Shown here in pieces: positions 9,472 through 20,600 of a DNA stretch of 64,000 bases. Every line of letters begins with the position of its first letter. Positions within the stretch are counted from its first letter, which is position 1. The notes below the pieces were generated by a model. The model ran no database searches and was not told where the DNA came from. It saw only the letters and a program-made list of their open reading frames with translations. Origin of the DNA: Armatimonadota bacterium (GTDB lineage: Bacteria > Armatimonadota > Zipacnadia > Zipacnadales > UBA5352); assembly GCA_034722055.1 (NCBI GenBank), contig JAYENL010000242.1, positions 72,609 through 136,608 on the forward strand, given 5' to 3'. Position numbers and translations under genes: made by a program.

Positions 9472-11163
9472 TTAGAGCCCCGGCGCGGGGGTCTCGGGCT
9501 GGCCGGTCTCGATGACGATGGAGCGCAGCGTCACCGGCGGGCAGTCCTCCGGGGCCTCCAGCCTGAGGGTGTGCCAGTCCTGCTCTCGCTGGCCGAGGCT
9601 GACCGGCTCACCGCCCTCGACCGGGAGCGGCCCGATGCCGTCCACGTAGAGCTTCAGACGCAAGTCCCGCAGGCCCGGCTCCACGCGCACGGAGGCCGGG
9701 CCGTCAAGCAGGTAGACGGGGTAGTCCGCACGGTCGCCGGGGCCAAGCTGCACGTCCTCTCGCCGCAGCGCGCCCTCCACGGGCGTCTCTGTGAGCTGGC
9801 TGGAGGACACGTTCAGCGCCCCGGCATCGATGGTGATCGGCCCGCGGCCGGCCGCCTCCCTCAGCGCCTGCCGATAGCCGTTGTAGAAGTCCGCGGGGGA
9901 CTCGCCGGGCGCCGCCAGCAGCGTCGAGCGCAGCAGGGCGTGGCCGTGCGCGGCCTCCACCCACAGCATGGCGCCGACGAGGTAGTGGAAGGCCTCCTCG
10001 CCCAGGCCCGCCGCCAACTCCGACTTCGGGCCCTCTTCCAGCCACAGGTCCAATGTGCGCTCGCGCATGTCCGTGAGGTATGACGCCAGCTCCACCTCGC
10101 CACTGCCCCACAGCCCGTTGATGGCCGCCTGCGCCTTCTCGGACGGCCAGCGCTCGCCGACGACCAGTCCGGCCTCCTCGGCCAGCAGCCCCAGCAGCAG
10201 CGCCTCGCCCAGCACGCCGTTGGCGTAGGGCTCCGGCTCGGTGAAGCGCCCCATGCGCGGGAGCGAGAAGTGCCCCCACTCATGGGCGATCTCCCGCAGC
10301 CATTCCACCGGCGCCCGATCCCGGCCCACGTCGTAGAGGAAGATATCGTCCTCGTACTGCTCGGCACCGGTCGGCCCGCTCTCGCACATCCAGAGCCGCA
10401 CCACGTCATCCTCCACCGCCTGCGGGAGGCCCCAGCAGCTCCGGCTGTAGCAGTGCACCCGCAGCAGGATGTGCGTGAGGCGCCCGGCCAGGGCGGAGTA
10501 GTCGGCCCCCCGTTCGCTCAGTAGCGCGGAGGGGTAGTGCGTCATGGCCGTCATGTGCAGCTCCTCACCCTCGGGCGTGGCGGTGAAGCCGTAGCACACG
10601 CGGTTGAAGCGGGCCGTCCCCACCACCCCCTGTCCGCTGGCGGAGGGGATCTCCTTCTCCACCGGCCCGGAGCAGCCGTCCATGCCCTCGGGGAAGATGA
10701 CGGCGTTTGTGTTGGCGATTCGGCGGTTGAGCTCATCCACGCCCTCGCCCACCCGCACGCGACACTGATCGGTGACGAAGGACACGGGGCTGAACTGCAG
10801 CAGCGACAGCCGCAGTCGGCGGGGGAACTGCTCGCCGAAGAACAGGTGCGTGATGCGGGAGCGGCCGTACTCGTCGTCGGGGCGAAGCTCCAGCAGGCGG
10901 CCGTAGCTGGCGAGGGCCTTGAGGGTGTTGCCCTCCAGCTCGTGGAGATAGCCCATGTGGGCGTGGACGGTGGGCGCCTCCGGGTCTATCTCCAGCGCCT
11001 GCAGCAGCTTGCCCATGGCGGCGTCAACGTCGCCCTCATCGGCGAGATGCTGGCTCTCCCGCACCAGCTCCGACGCCGTCGGCCCCTGCGCCTCCTCCTG
11101 GGCCGCGGCGGTCGTGACCAGCGCTACCGTCAGCACCGCCGCGACTGTCCCACGCAGCCTCAT
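9472..11163 (-). CDS. Secreted TPR protein with a HEXXH zincin-like domain
   Basis: Signal peptide ending AAA; TPR-like ALEIDPE and LLELRPDD; IAHEWGH; ATGA overlap with the upstream gene. Confidence 0.72.
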   Translation of the reverse strand: MRLRGTVAAVLTVALVTTAAAQEEAQGPTASELVRESQHLADEGDVDAAMGKLLQALEIDPEAPTVHAHMGYLHELEGNTLKALASYGRLLELRPDDEYGRSRITHLFFGEQFPRRLRLSLLQFSPVSFVTDQCRVRVGEGVDELNRRIANTNAVIFPEGMDGCSGPVEKEIPSASGQGVVGTARFNRVCYGFTATPEGEELHMTAMTHYPSALLSERGADYSALAGRLTHILLRVHCYSRSCWGLPQAVEDDVVRLWMCESGPTGAEQYEDDIFLYDVGRDRAPVEWLREIAHEWGHFSLPRMGRFTEPEPYANGVLGEALLLGLLAEEAGLVVGERWPSEKAQAAINGLWGSGEVELASYLTDMRERTLDLWLEEGPKSELAAGLGEEAFHYLVGAMLWVEAAHGHALLRSTLLAAPGESPADFYNGYRQALREAAGRGPITIDAGALNVSSSQLTETPVEGALRREDVQLGPGDRADYPVYLLDGPASVRVEPGLRDLRLKLYVDGIGPLPVEGGEPVSLGQREQDWHTLRLEAPEDCPPVTLRSIVIETGQPETPAPGL

Positions 11164-12143
11164 CGGATCGGCTCCTTCTCGCTCTCACCGCTGCCCTCAG
11201 GCTCAGGGCAGGCAATCCGGCGAGCCACCTGCTCGGCCACCTCGATGTTGTCCTCGTCCAGCAGCGCGCCGGCGTAGTAGATGCGGTTCTCGTCCTCGCA
11301 GTGCCATACCCAGCCCCGCACCGCCTCCGGGTAGGGCTTGCCAATCACGTGCATCACGAAGGACTGCAGGTGCCGAAGCGGGTTGGAGAAGTAGCCGGTA
11401 ACCTCCACCGCCGGGTGCCCCCGGAAGCGGGTCTCCTCATAGGAGAGCTTGATGCCCTTGTGATACTGGCGGATCTCCGACCGGGCCCAGCTCTCCAGCG
11501 AGCGCTCGCGCAGCGACACATTCGCCATTCCCCACCGGGCCCCCACGAGCTCCTCGCCCCGGTCGGCGAAGTGCAGCTCGATGAGGCCCGCCATCAGCTT
11601 CTGGTTGGTCAGCTCAAAGCGCTCCGGCGTCTCCATCGTCAGGCCGTACGTTGACCAGGTGATCCAGTCCTCCTCGGGGTGGTCCTGCATGGTGCCGATG
11701 ATCTCGCCGGCCAGCTCCTGCCCATCCTCATCGGCAGTGGCCATCACCTGCATGACCACGACGCGCTCGCAGTCCTCGCAGTACCAGGCCGCCCCGTAGC
11801 CCTCCACCTCTCCGCGCCAGGCGAAGCAGTTGAGGTCGCGCTTGCCCATCCGCCGCTTGCTGACCACGCGGGCGTCGCGCTCCACGTCAATCTCCGGCTC
11901 GTCCCGCTTGCGCTTCTTGGTGAGGTCCCTAAGGTACTGGTCAACCACGCCCTCGACATCCACAAAGCCCGAGGCCGCCTGCCACTTGATCTCAACCCGC
12001 GGCATCTTGTCACGGTCGTCGATGCGCAGGTAGCCCTGCTTGCGGTCCCCGCTGATGGCCGCGATGTCCCAGTCCTGGGGCACATGCACGAGCACGCCTT
12101 GCCAGGCCCGTATCTGCCACTGATCCGTGTCGAGCTTCGCCAT
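11160..12143 (-). CDS. Conserved hypothetical protein with an internal two-fold repeat
   Basis: Halves begin WQGVLVHVPQDW and YGLTMETPERF and end WYCEDCER and WHCEDENR; GC-typical codon usage; overlaps the next gene by 4 nt. Confidence 0.7.
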   Translation of the reverse strand: MAKLDTDQWQIRAWQGVLVHVPQDWDIAAISGDRKQGYLRIDDRDKMPRVEIKWQAASGFVDVEGVVDQYLRDLTKKRKRDEPEIDVERDARVVSKRRMGKRDLNCFAWRGEVEGYGAAWYCEDCERVVVMQVMATADEDGQELAGEIIGTMQDHPEEDWITWSTYGLTMETPERFELTNQKLMAGLIELHFADRGEELVGARWGMANVSLRERSLESWARSEIRQYHKGIKLSYEETRFRGHPAVEVTGYFSNPLRHLQSFVMHVIGKPYPEAVRGWVWHCEDENRIYYAGALLDEDNIEVAEQVARRIACPEPEGSGESEKEPIR

Positions 12144-12164
12144 CTCACACAGCGCTCCGTGGGG

Positions 12165-13274
12165 TCAGAACACCATCTGCTCCCGGCGTATGTAGATGCT
12201 TTGGAGAATACCGATCGCCATCAGGTTCGCGACCAGACTGCTGCCACCGTAGCTTAGAAACGGGAGCGGCATGCCCTTGATGGGCGCCAGGCCGATGGTC
12301 ATGCCGATGTTGGCGTAGACCTGAATCAGGAACATCGCCACGATCCCCGCGGCCACCACCCGGTCAAAGGCGGTCAGCGCCCCCGCCGCCACGCTGATGC
12401 CCCGATACAGCAGCAGCCCGTAGAGCACCAGCACACTCGCGGCACCCACGAAGCCAAGCTCCTCCCCGACCACCGTAAAGACGAAGTCGGTCTCCTGGTC
12501 GGGGATGAAGGCGCTCTGGCTCTGCTTGCCCTGGAAGAGCCCCTGCCCCCACAGGTGCCCCGAGCCGACGGCGATCAGAGACTGGTGCAGGTGGTATGCG
12601 GCGCCGTAGGGGTCCTCTTCCGGGTGGATGAAGGAGGTCAGCCGCGCCTTCTGGTGGGGCTTGATGAGAGCGAAACCCCAGGCCCCGGCGAACAGCATGA
12701 TGCCCGCCAGGGCGAAGGCCGCAAGATGGCCGGGATTGGCCCCGTAGATGAACATCATGATCAGCCAGATGAAGAAGAGGACGATAGGGGTGCCCAGGTC
12801 GGGCTGCAGCAGGATCAGGAGGGCCGGCACCGCCACATAGCCGAGGGTTTTCGTGAGGAACAGGAAGTCCCACTTCTCCTCGTCCATGCGGGCCACCACG
12901 GCCCCAAGCATGACGATGACCGCCAGCTTGGCCAGCTCCGAGGGCTGCAGGTTGATGGGCCCCAGAGCGAGCCAGCGGGTGGTGCCCCGCACCGCACCGG
13001 CAGCCAGCACGATGACCAGCAAGCCCATCACAAACAGGTAGATGGGCCAGGCCAGCCCCTGCAGCTTGTTGGGGTCCACCAACATGGTGGCGACCAGCAC
13101 GCCCAGGCCGATGACCAGCCACACAAGCTGCATCTGCAGCTTGGCGGCCCCCGGCCTGCCCGCCGCCGCCAGATCGCTCTTGGTGCAGCTATAGATGGCC
13201 GCCGCGCCGATGATGCACAGCAGGACCACGACCGTCAGCATCTGGAAATCGGCGTGGCGCAGGTCCCTAAGCAC
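12165..13274 (-). CDS. rodA: Rod shape-determining protein RodA (SEDS family)
   Basis: GTTRWL.LGPINLQPSELAK, LQPDLGT, QSLIAVGSG, PDQETDFVF..VGEELGF, GMPLPFLSYGGSS; GTG start after GAGGG. Confidence 0.9.
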   Translation of the reverse strand: MLRDLRHADFQMLTVVVLLCIIGAAAIYSCTKSDLAAAGRPGAAKLQMQLVWLVIGLGVLVATMLVDPNKLQGLAWPIYLFVMGLLVIVLAAGAVRGTTRWLALGPINLQPSELAKLAVIVMLGAVVARMDEEKWDFLFLTKTLGYVAVPALLILLQPDLGTPIVLFFIWLIMMFIYGANPGHLAAFALAGIMLFAGAWGFALIKPHQKARLTSFIHPEEDPYGAAYHLHQSLIAVGSGHLWGQGLFQGKQSQSAFIPDQETDFVFTVVGEELGFVGAASVLVLYGLLLYRGISVAAGALTAFDRVVAAGIVAMFLIQVYANIGMTIGLAPIKGMPLPFLSYGGSSLVANLMAIGILQSIYIRREQMVF

Positions 13275-13312
13275 GCAGAGTCCCTCGCGGTGAATGTGGT
13301 GACTACGGCCGG

Positions 13313-13321
13313 AGTATAGCA
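13313..13321 (-). promoter_or_regulatory. Extended -10 promoter element upstream of rodA
   Basis: TGcTATACT on the minus strand about 40 nt upstream of the rodA start, in an AT-richer patch. Confidence 0.55.
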
Positions 13322-13448
13322 CAAATCAGGGGTCCGAGAAAGCTGCCGCCGCCCGACCGCATTGATCGGACGAGGCCGGACGGCATCGCATTGAAGGCGT
13401 CATGACCGCTGGCCGCCGCCGCACCCGCAGGCGCCTGCTTCCCGGCGC

Positions 13449-14240
13449 TCAGGGCATCGGCCAGTCTCCCTGGAACCCGGCGGCGTTGGGCTTGGTGGGC
13501 GGGCCCCAGTCACAGCACACGCCCGGCTCGCTCCCCCACGCCTCGGAGTGGTCGGGCGTGCCCTCATGGGCGAAGGGGCCGGCCGTCTTCTTGAACCACT
13601 CTGCATGGTAGTCGCAGAAGAGGAAGTTCTTGCCGCCATTATGCCACATCTCGTCGGGCTTGAGTGGATCGTCATGGGACTGGTAGACGTTCTGGCCCAG
13701 GGCGTCACCCCACGCGCCGGGCGGGTTGTTGCCCTTCTCGAAACACATGACCGTGGCGTGAGGCGCCGGAATGTCGTCCTTGTACCCGCCGATCGCGATG
13801 GTGGTGCCCCCCACGACCATCGGCCTCTGGGTGTACTGCGCGATGGCGTAAGACCTCGCTTCTCGCGCCTTCTCGTTGGGATTGTCGGGACAGATCAGGA
13901 GGCTCTCGTTCCGCAGATAGCTCATGATCGAGACGTCCCAGGTGGCGACTGAGGGGTCCGGAACATTGCGTATCGCCTCCGGCGGCGGTGTCCACGTGGG
14001 TGCCACGCCCGGGTGGGTTATGGACCAGGGGGGGATGAAGCCGCCGTTGTCCTGGATGTAGCCCTCGATGGCCTGCCCGATCTGCTGCATGTTCGAGAGG
14101 CACCGGGCCTGACGCGCCTTCGCCCGCGCCGACGCCAGGACCGGGAAGAGAATGGCCACCAGCACGGCGATGATGCCAATGACGGTCAGAAGTTCAATCA
14201 GGGTAAAGCCTGTGCGACGCGTTTGCGTTGCCAACGACAT
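13449..14240 (-). CDS. Prepilin-type N-terminal cleavage/methylation protein, DUF1559/H-X9-DG family (variant H-X9-DY)
   Basis: RRTG|FTLIELLTVIGIIAVLVAILFPV, CLSNMQQIG, CPDN, HNGGKNFLFCDYH; AGGAG SD. Confidence 0.88.
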   Translation of the reverse strand: MSLATQTRRTGFTLIELLTVIGIIAVLVAILFPVLASARAKARQARCLSNMQQIGQAIEGYIQDNGGFIPPWSITHPGVAPTWTPPPEAIRNVPDPSVATWDVSIMSYLRNESLLICPDNPNEKAREARSYAIAQYTQRPMVVGGTTIAIGGYKDDIPAPHATVMCFEKGNNPPGAWGDALGQNVYQSHDDPLKPDEMWHNGGKNFLFCDYHAEWFKKTAGPFAHEGTPDHSEAWGSEPGVCCDWGPPTKPNAAGFQGDWPMP

Positions 14241-14272
14241 CACACTCCTGTACACGCTCACGTTGGCCGGGC

Positions 14273-14947
<675 letters not shown>

Positions 14948-15179
14948 GCTCCATCCATCTCCACGCGAAAGGCCGCCCTCATGCCATCTGGTCGCCGACA
15001 GGTGGCGGCGTTCTTCGCTACGCCACCGGGCTCGTGCACGTGTGTCTACTAAACAGCCGACGGTGCCGTTTGTTCCTTGCGCCGGACACTCCGCCTTCCA
15101 GTGGAAGAACTGGACGCGGACCGGCGCAACCGGCGCCGGCCCGCGCTGTGTTCCTCGCGCTCTAACGGCTAGTGCTAAG

Positions 15180-15490
15180 TCGCAGAAGTTCGCGTAGCTT
15201 CCTACGTCCCGACAAGACGCGTGCCCGCCATGGAGGGGCCGCCGCGAGCGAAGCGAGCGGGGCGCGATCAGGAGCGGTAGCGACTGACCGCGCAGGTTCC
15301 ACCCCGGCCCACTGGAGACCTTCGGTCTCACGGGCTTCCAGCCCGACCATCAGCGCAGGCGCCCCCGCCTGCGCGCCGTTTGGGCCCTGGGTAGAGCCAT
15401 CTCCCGGGCCGGGGTGGAACCTGAGGCCTATTCGCTGGGAGACTTCTACGAAGTCTCAGTCACAGGCCTCACCGGGCGCTGCGCGCCCGG
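15180..15490. repeat. Nested inverted-repeat / REP-like structured element
   Basis: Perfect 18-bp IR CAGGTTCCACCCCGGCCC (15293-15310 / 15406-15423) enclosing three hairpins; further hairpins at 15441-15455 and 15472-15490. Confidence 0.65.
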
Positions 15491-15575
15491 CGGCCCCTCC
15501 ACCGGACGGGTTTTTGAGGCAACCAACCCCCGACAGTGCCCGTCGTCAAGGTACGCAGAATTGCGCAAGTGAGCA

Positions 15576-17561
15576 CTAATAGGGCATCTGTGACACCGCC
15601 TGCCCAATCAGCGCGAAGGCCACCGATCCCATGCCTACCAGCCCCATTCCGCAGGCATAGCCGGCGCTGAGCACGGTGGCGTACTGCTTCCAGGTTCTGG
15701 CCCCGAACCTGGGGATCATGTAGTACTGGCTGACCAGCGCCCCGATCATCTCCGGGAAGACGAAGTGCGGCAGACGACCCAGTCCTCGAACGATGCCGTA
15801 CACCAGCAGCGTCGGCATCTGCAGCAGCGCCAGGACGCTGTAGGTGATAATCCCGAAGCCGAAGCCGCCCACCACGAACTGCCACTTGAAGGCCCGCTGG
15901 AAGAGGCTGTGCTCCGAGTAGGTGGCCGTCAGCCACAGGGTGCGCTGGTAGGCGCTGAGCGGCCACATCTTCTGCGCGTAGGGATAATTCGCAGACGGCA
16001 CGGGCGCCAGGCGCCAGATGAACTCCCAGTACAGCACACTGCATACCACCACGATGGGCAGGATCAGCAGCTCCGCCTTCACCAGCGAGATGACCTTGTT
16101 GCCAGTCAGCTCCAGGACCCGGAACTGCTGGGCCCGCTGGCCGTGATCGAAGTTGGGGATGGGCGCGAACCAGATGTCAATCCCCTCGTAGCCGCTGAGG
16201 ATGATCACGCCCTCCTTGACCATGGGGATGGATACCCACTGGCCGGTGAGGCCCTTCATGCGGGCGTCAACGTACGAGTTCAGCGGGGTGAAGAAGAAGC
16301 CGAAGAAGATCACCCAGGCAATCGGGAAGTCGGGCACCAGATGCCGGCACAGTAACACATACCCGGCAGTTGAGATGACGAACAGGCCGATGGCCAGCTT
16401 CAGCGAGATGTCGCCCCGTCCCGCCACTCCGGCGAGCGTCCCCGGCTCGTGCTCCCGGTCCTGTTGGTCGGCGAGCCTGTCGCGGTAGATGTGTGCCATG
16501 ATCCCGGCAATCCCGATGGCGGCAACGGCGAAGGCGGTGCCGATCTGAGCGCTGAAGTAGAAGTCCACCTGGTTGGCGAACTGGGTTTGAATGGTGTCCA
16601 TCCCCGGGTGCCATTCCTCGAGCGTGCCCACGCGGTAAAGGTAGGGGTTGAGCACGAAGGTGCCCAGCGCGGCGATGAAGCTGCCCACCACGGCCCAGAA
16701 CGGGACCACGAAGCCCGCGATGATGGCGCCCAGATCGACGGTGAAGCCGGTAGCCACCGCCGGCAGCACGTTCTCGGTGTTCCGCGTCAGGTCTACGAAG
16801 GGGATCGGCAGCAGTTGCAGCGGCTCAGTCATAATGACGCCGGTGATAGTGGGAATGCCAACGTAGAAGACTCCGAACACCAGCCCCACCATGGCGCCGA
16901 TGGCGAACACCCGCCACCGCCAGGTCTCTTCTTTGGTGGTCGTCTCCGCCAGGGCCGTGGAGCCCTGCGCGGTGATCGCCGCGTATGGGAAGGGCAGCCG
17001 CTCGTAGTCGGAGGTGATGCGGAAGAGCGCGTATCCCAGCCCGAACCAGTTCAGCCGGCTGAGGACGACACCGAGGAGCAGGATAGCCGCGGGGTAGTAC
17101 CAGTCGGGATGAAAGAAGGTGCGTTTCATCAGGGCCTGCGAGTCCGGCCCCGGGACCACCCAGTTGGGTATCTCGTAGGCGATGCCCATCCCCCGCGCCG
17201 CCGGCGAGCGAACGAAGTACTGCTCCCACATCTTCCCGGCGAAGGCGCCGCCGGCGAGCTGCAGGCCGCCGTGCGTGGATGCCAGCGCCGCGGCGACGTA
17301 GAAGAGGATGTATACCTCCTGGCGCTTGAGCGTGAGGAACGACCGCCGGGCAATCTCGGTGAAGAGGATGATGGTGGTCCACTCCGCCGCCGGTCCCAGG
17401 TTGCGCCCCGCCACCAGCCCCAGGTAGATGGCACCGGGCATCATCACCAGGCCGATGAACAGGCCCCCGATGATGGTCTTGACGTCAAAGCCGTCCTCGT
17501 ACTGCTCGGGCTGATCCATCAGCCCTCGGTAAAGCTCAAGTTCCGGGTCCAGGGGAGCCAC
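15576..17561 (-). CDS. OPT-superfamily-like polytopic membrane transporter
   Basis: 661 aa with many hydrophobic segments; ERLPFP motif and C-terminal SAGYACG resembling OPT/YSL signatures; GTG after GGAGG. Confidence 0.72.
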   Translation of the reverse strand: MAPLDPELELYRGLMDQPEQYEDGFDVKTIIGGLFIGLVMMPGAIYLGLVAGRNLGPAAEWTTIILFTEIARRSFLTLKRQEVYILFYVAAALASTHGGLQLAGGAFAGKMWEQYFVRSPAARGMGIAYEIPNWVVPGPDSQALMKRTFFHPDWYYPAAILLLGVVLSRLNWFGLGYALFRITSDYERLPFPYAAITAQGSTALAETTTKEETWRWRVFAIGAMVGLVFGVFYVGIPTITGVIMTEPLQLLPIPFVDLTRNTENVLPAVATGFTVDLGAIIAGFVVPFWAVVGSFIAALGTFVLNPYLYRVGTLEEWHPGMDTIQTQFANQVDFYFSAQIGTAFAVAAIGIAGIMAHIYRDRLADQQDREHEPGTLAGVAGRGDISLKLAIGLFVISTAGYVLLCRHLVPDFPIAWVIFFGFFFTPLNSYVDARMKGLTGQWVSIPMVKEGVIILSGYEGIDIWFAPIPNFDHGQRAQQFRVLELTGNKVISLVKAELLILPIVVVCSVLYWEFIWRLAPVPSANYPYAQKMWPLSAYQRTLWLTATYSEHSLFQRAFKWQFVVGGFGFGIITYSVLALLQMPTLLVYGIVRGLGRLPHFVFPEMIGALVSQYYMIPRFGARTWKQYATVLSAGYACGMGLVGMGSVAFALIGQAVSQMPY

Positions 17562-17624
17562 GTCACACCTCCGGCGGCAGTGAGATGGCAGTGTGCGACA
17601 GGATCGGCCGGCAATACCAACGCA

Positions 17625-20600
17625 TTACTGCGCCGTCTGCTGCAGGTCCTCCTCCCCCGCCAGGATGGCGCGCCCGCGTGCCCCGAAGTCGCCCTTCACC
17701 GGACTGGGCAACGTGCGCCACAGCAGGTACTGCTTGCGCAGCAGGTTGATGAAGTTGCGCGTCACCCGAATCCACGACGCCTCGTCACCGCTCTCCCGAC
17801 GGATCACAGCCCGAATCTGGAAGATCTCCGCGTCCTCCGTGGGCACCGTCTCGATCGTCAGGTGCTCCGACACCCCCAGGTCATAGGGCGCCAGCCAGAC
17901 CATCACGGAGAGCGCAAATCCCTCCCCAAGCTCGAACTCCTCGGCGTCCAGCCCCAGGTCACCTGTGGAGAAGTTGCCCAGCGAGTAGTCGGCATGCGCC
18001 CCCAGGTAGTCGAGAAGGAAGACGTTTACCCCCAGCGCCTGGTCGCCCGTCACCGTGAAGGGCAGGTTCATGCGCATGACGTCGTCCACAGGCTCGGGCA
18101 GCGTCCAGCGGCGCTCGATGCCCGGCATGGCGATATTGGAGGCCACCCGGGCCGGATAGATGACCGACAGCAGTACCGTGACCATGATCATCAGGGTGCT
18201 GCCCACGGCCGCCAGCGATGAGTAGTTGAGGTAGAGGCCGCCCAGCGCGCCGGTCATCAGCAGCACCTTCGCGGAGGCCTGGCCCACCAGGTAGCCCGCT
18301 ACCGCACCCAGCACCGCATAGACCGACGCCTCGGCCACGAAGAGGGCGGCGATGTGCGTGGGCGCCAGGCCCAGGGAGCTGTAGATGTGGATCTCGTTGG
18401 TGCGCTCGTAGACCGAGCCCAGCATGGTGTTGAGGACGATCAGGGCTGCGATGAGCACAGGGATGAGCACGTCGCTGGCGCCCTGCACCCCGGTCGTGCC
18501 CACGGCGCTGCACAGGTAGGTCTGGTCATCGACCCCGGCGTAGAGGTTCAGCTCGACACGCGACATCAGGTTTTCGAGGTGCGTCAGGACGCTCTCGGCG
18601 TCGGGAATGCCGATGGCCACCGAGCGCAGCGTGCCCCCGGCGTTGACGACGAAGTTGTAGGGCACAATGAGCACAGCGTCCGGGGTGAGGTGGATGTACT
18701 CCCGGAGCTCGTCCTCGCTCATCTGGTCCTCGCCGGCCTGCATGGACTGCCGCTGCGCCTGCTGCTCCTGCATCAGCAGGTAGTCCACAGGGGTGATCTG
18801 CTCCCCATCGAGGTCCTCGATGCGCTTGAAGCGGTCGCTGTCGATGATCCCCAGCACTCGCAGGCGGGTGCCGAAGACCGACACGAAGACGTTCCCCACA
18901 TCCTGGGGCTGGATGTTGAGCTTCTCGGCCATCTCCTGGGGCACGATGCAGGCCAGGGTGTCATCCTCGGTGAACCACCGACCACCCTCATCCAGCGCCC
19001 TCTGGGGCTCGCTGATCATCGCCTCCTCGGGCGTCAGCCCCACCATGGCGGTGGCGGAGTAGCTGTCCCCCGCCCGCGACACGTTCACGAAGGACTGCTC
19101 GCCGACGCGACTGGAGAAGTACCATGCCCGCGGGGCCACAGAGTACTCATCGCCGAACTCATTGCGCATCACCCGCGTGGTCGGCTGCCCGATAGGCGTC
19201 CAGGTCTTCTCCCGGATCATGATGCCGTTATACGCCGCGGTGTGCGGCAGCCGGATGCGGTTGGTGCGAATCGTCTGCTTGATGGAGGTCGTTGACAGCA
19301 CCGTGAAGGTCAGCAGCACCAGTGTGGTGCAGGTCAGCAGCGTTCGGATCTTGCGCCGGCGCATGTTCGAGATACCCAGACCGAAGGCCGCCGCCGAGGC
19401 TGAGAGCCGACCCACGTCCGCCTCGCGCACCCCCGTCTGCTCCCAGCGCATCTCGCGCATCTGCTCCTCGAACTTCTGCACCACGATCCCCACCACGATG
19501 ATTGTCAGCGCCAGGATGATGAAGGCCAGCAGGATGATCATGGGCGTGAAGGTGATGGCGAATGCGGGATGCACCAGGCCGATGAGGATGAAGATGCCCA
19601 CAAAGAACGCCACTGTGCCGAGGATCTGTCCCTTGATCTCGCGCGCAGCCAAGAAGAGCCGTTCGGCAAACACCCCGAAGGGCATCAGCAGCGCCAGGTA
19701 GAACAGCACACCCTTGACCACGTCGTCGGCGGTCTTGCGGACATCCGGGTAGGCTCGGGACTCGTAGCTCCACGCCGACCGCGCGGCTGTGAAGAACTCA
19801 TCGTACTTGCGCTCCCGGAGGTACTGCTGCGACAGCTTCAGGTACTCCAGCGCCTCCGCGTGGGCCCGCTCCACCCGCGCGTTGGTGATCCCGTGCTTCG
19901 AGAGCTTGGCCATGCGGTTGTCGTCGAGCTGCCACATGTCCATGGCCACCCGGTAGGGCGTGGCGTGAAGCGACGGGTGGCGGTCCACCAGGTAGCCCTC
20001 CCCCAGCTCCTCCAGCTCCGTGGGATTGATCAGCAGGAAGCGCAGTCCCAGGAGGCTGGCGCCCATGGTGATCTTGACCTTGGTGCCCGACGGAGCGAAG
20101 ACCACGGCCACCGGCTCGTAGCTGGACGTGAACTGCTGCGGCGGAAGCGGCAGGCAGTAGCCGTACTCGTAGGGAGCCGCATCGGTCTGGGCGTCGTAGA
20201 CGTGCAGCTCCCGCAGGAGCTGGAAGAACCGCTGGTCCACCATATCGAAGATGGCCACCGGCTTGCAGTCGAACATCACCACCGTTACCGGCTTAACCTC
20301 CTGATCCATGGCCACCTTGTTCGGGTAGGCCTCGGCGCCGGTCACCCCCAGGTCGGGGGCCATACGCACCCGCCCGTCCTCCTCGTCGAGCAGGTAGGCC
20401 TCAACGGTGATGGTGCCGCCCCGCGCCCGGGAGTTGGGCAGTCCCGGCAGGTAGAACCTGCCGTCCTCGTCCACGATGTCGAAGATCTCGCTGCGCACGC
20501 CCATGGAGGTCTTGGAGCCGGTGCGCGCCACCGCTACCGCGCCCGGTAGGGGATCATCGGGGAACAGGCTCTCGCGGGGGTTGAACTGCACCGCCCGGCC

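Noticed and set aside
14948..15180. c-di-GMP riboswitch upstream of the pilin-like genes
   Set aside because: Could not find the class I or class II conserved motifs on the minus strand.
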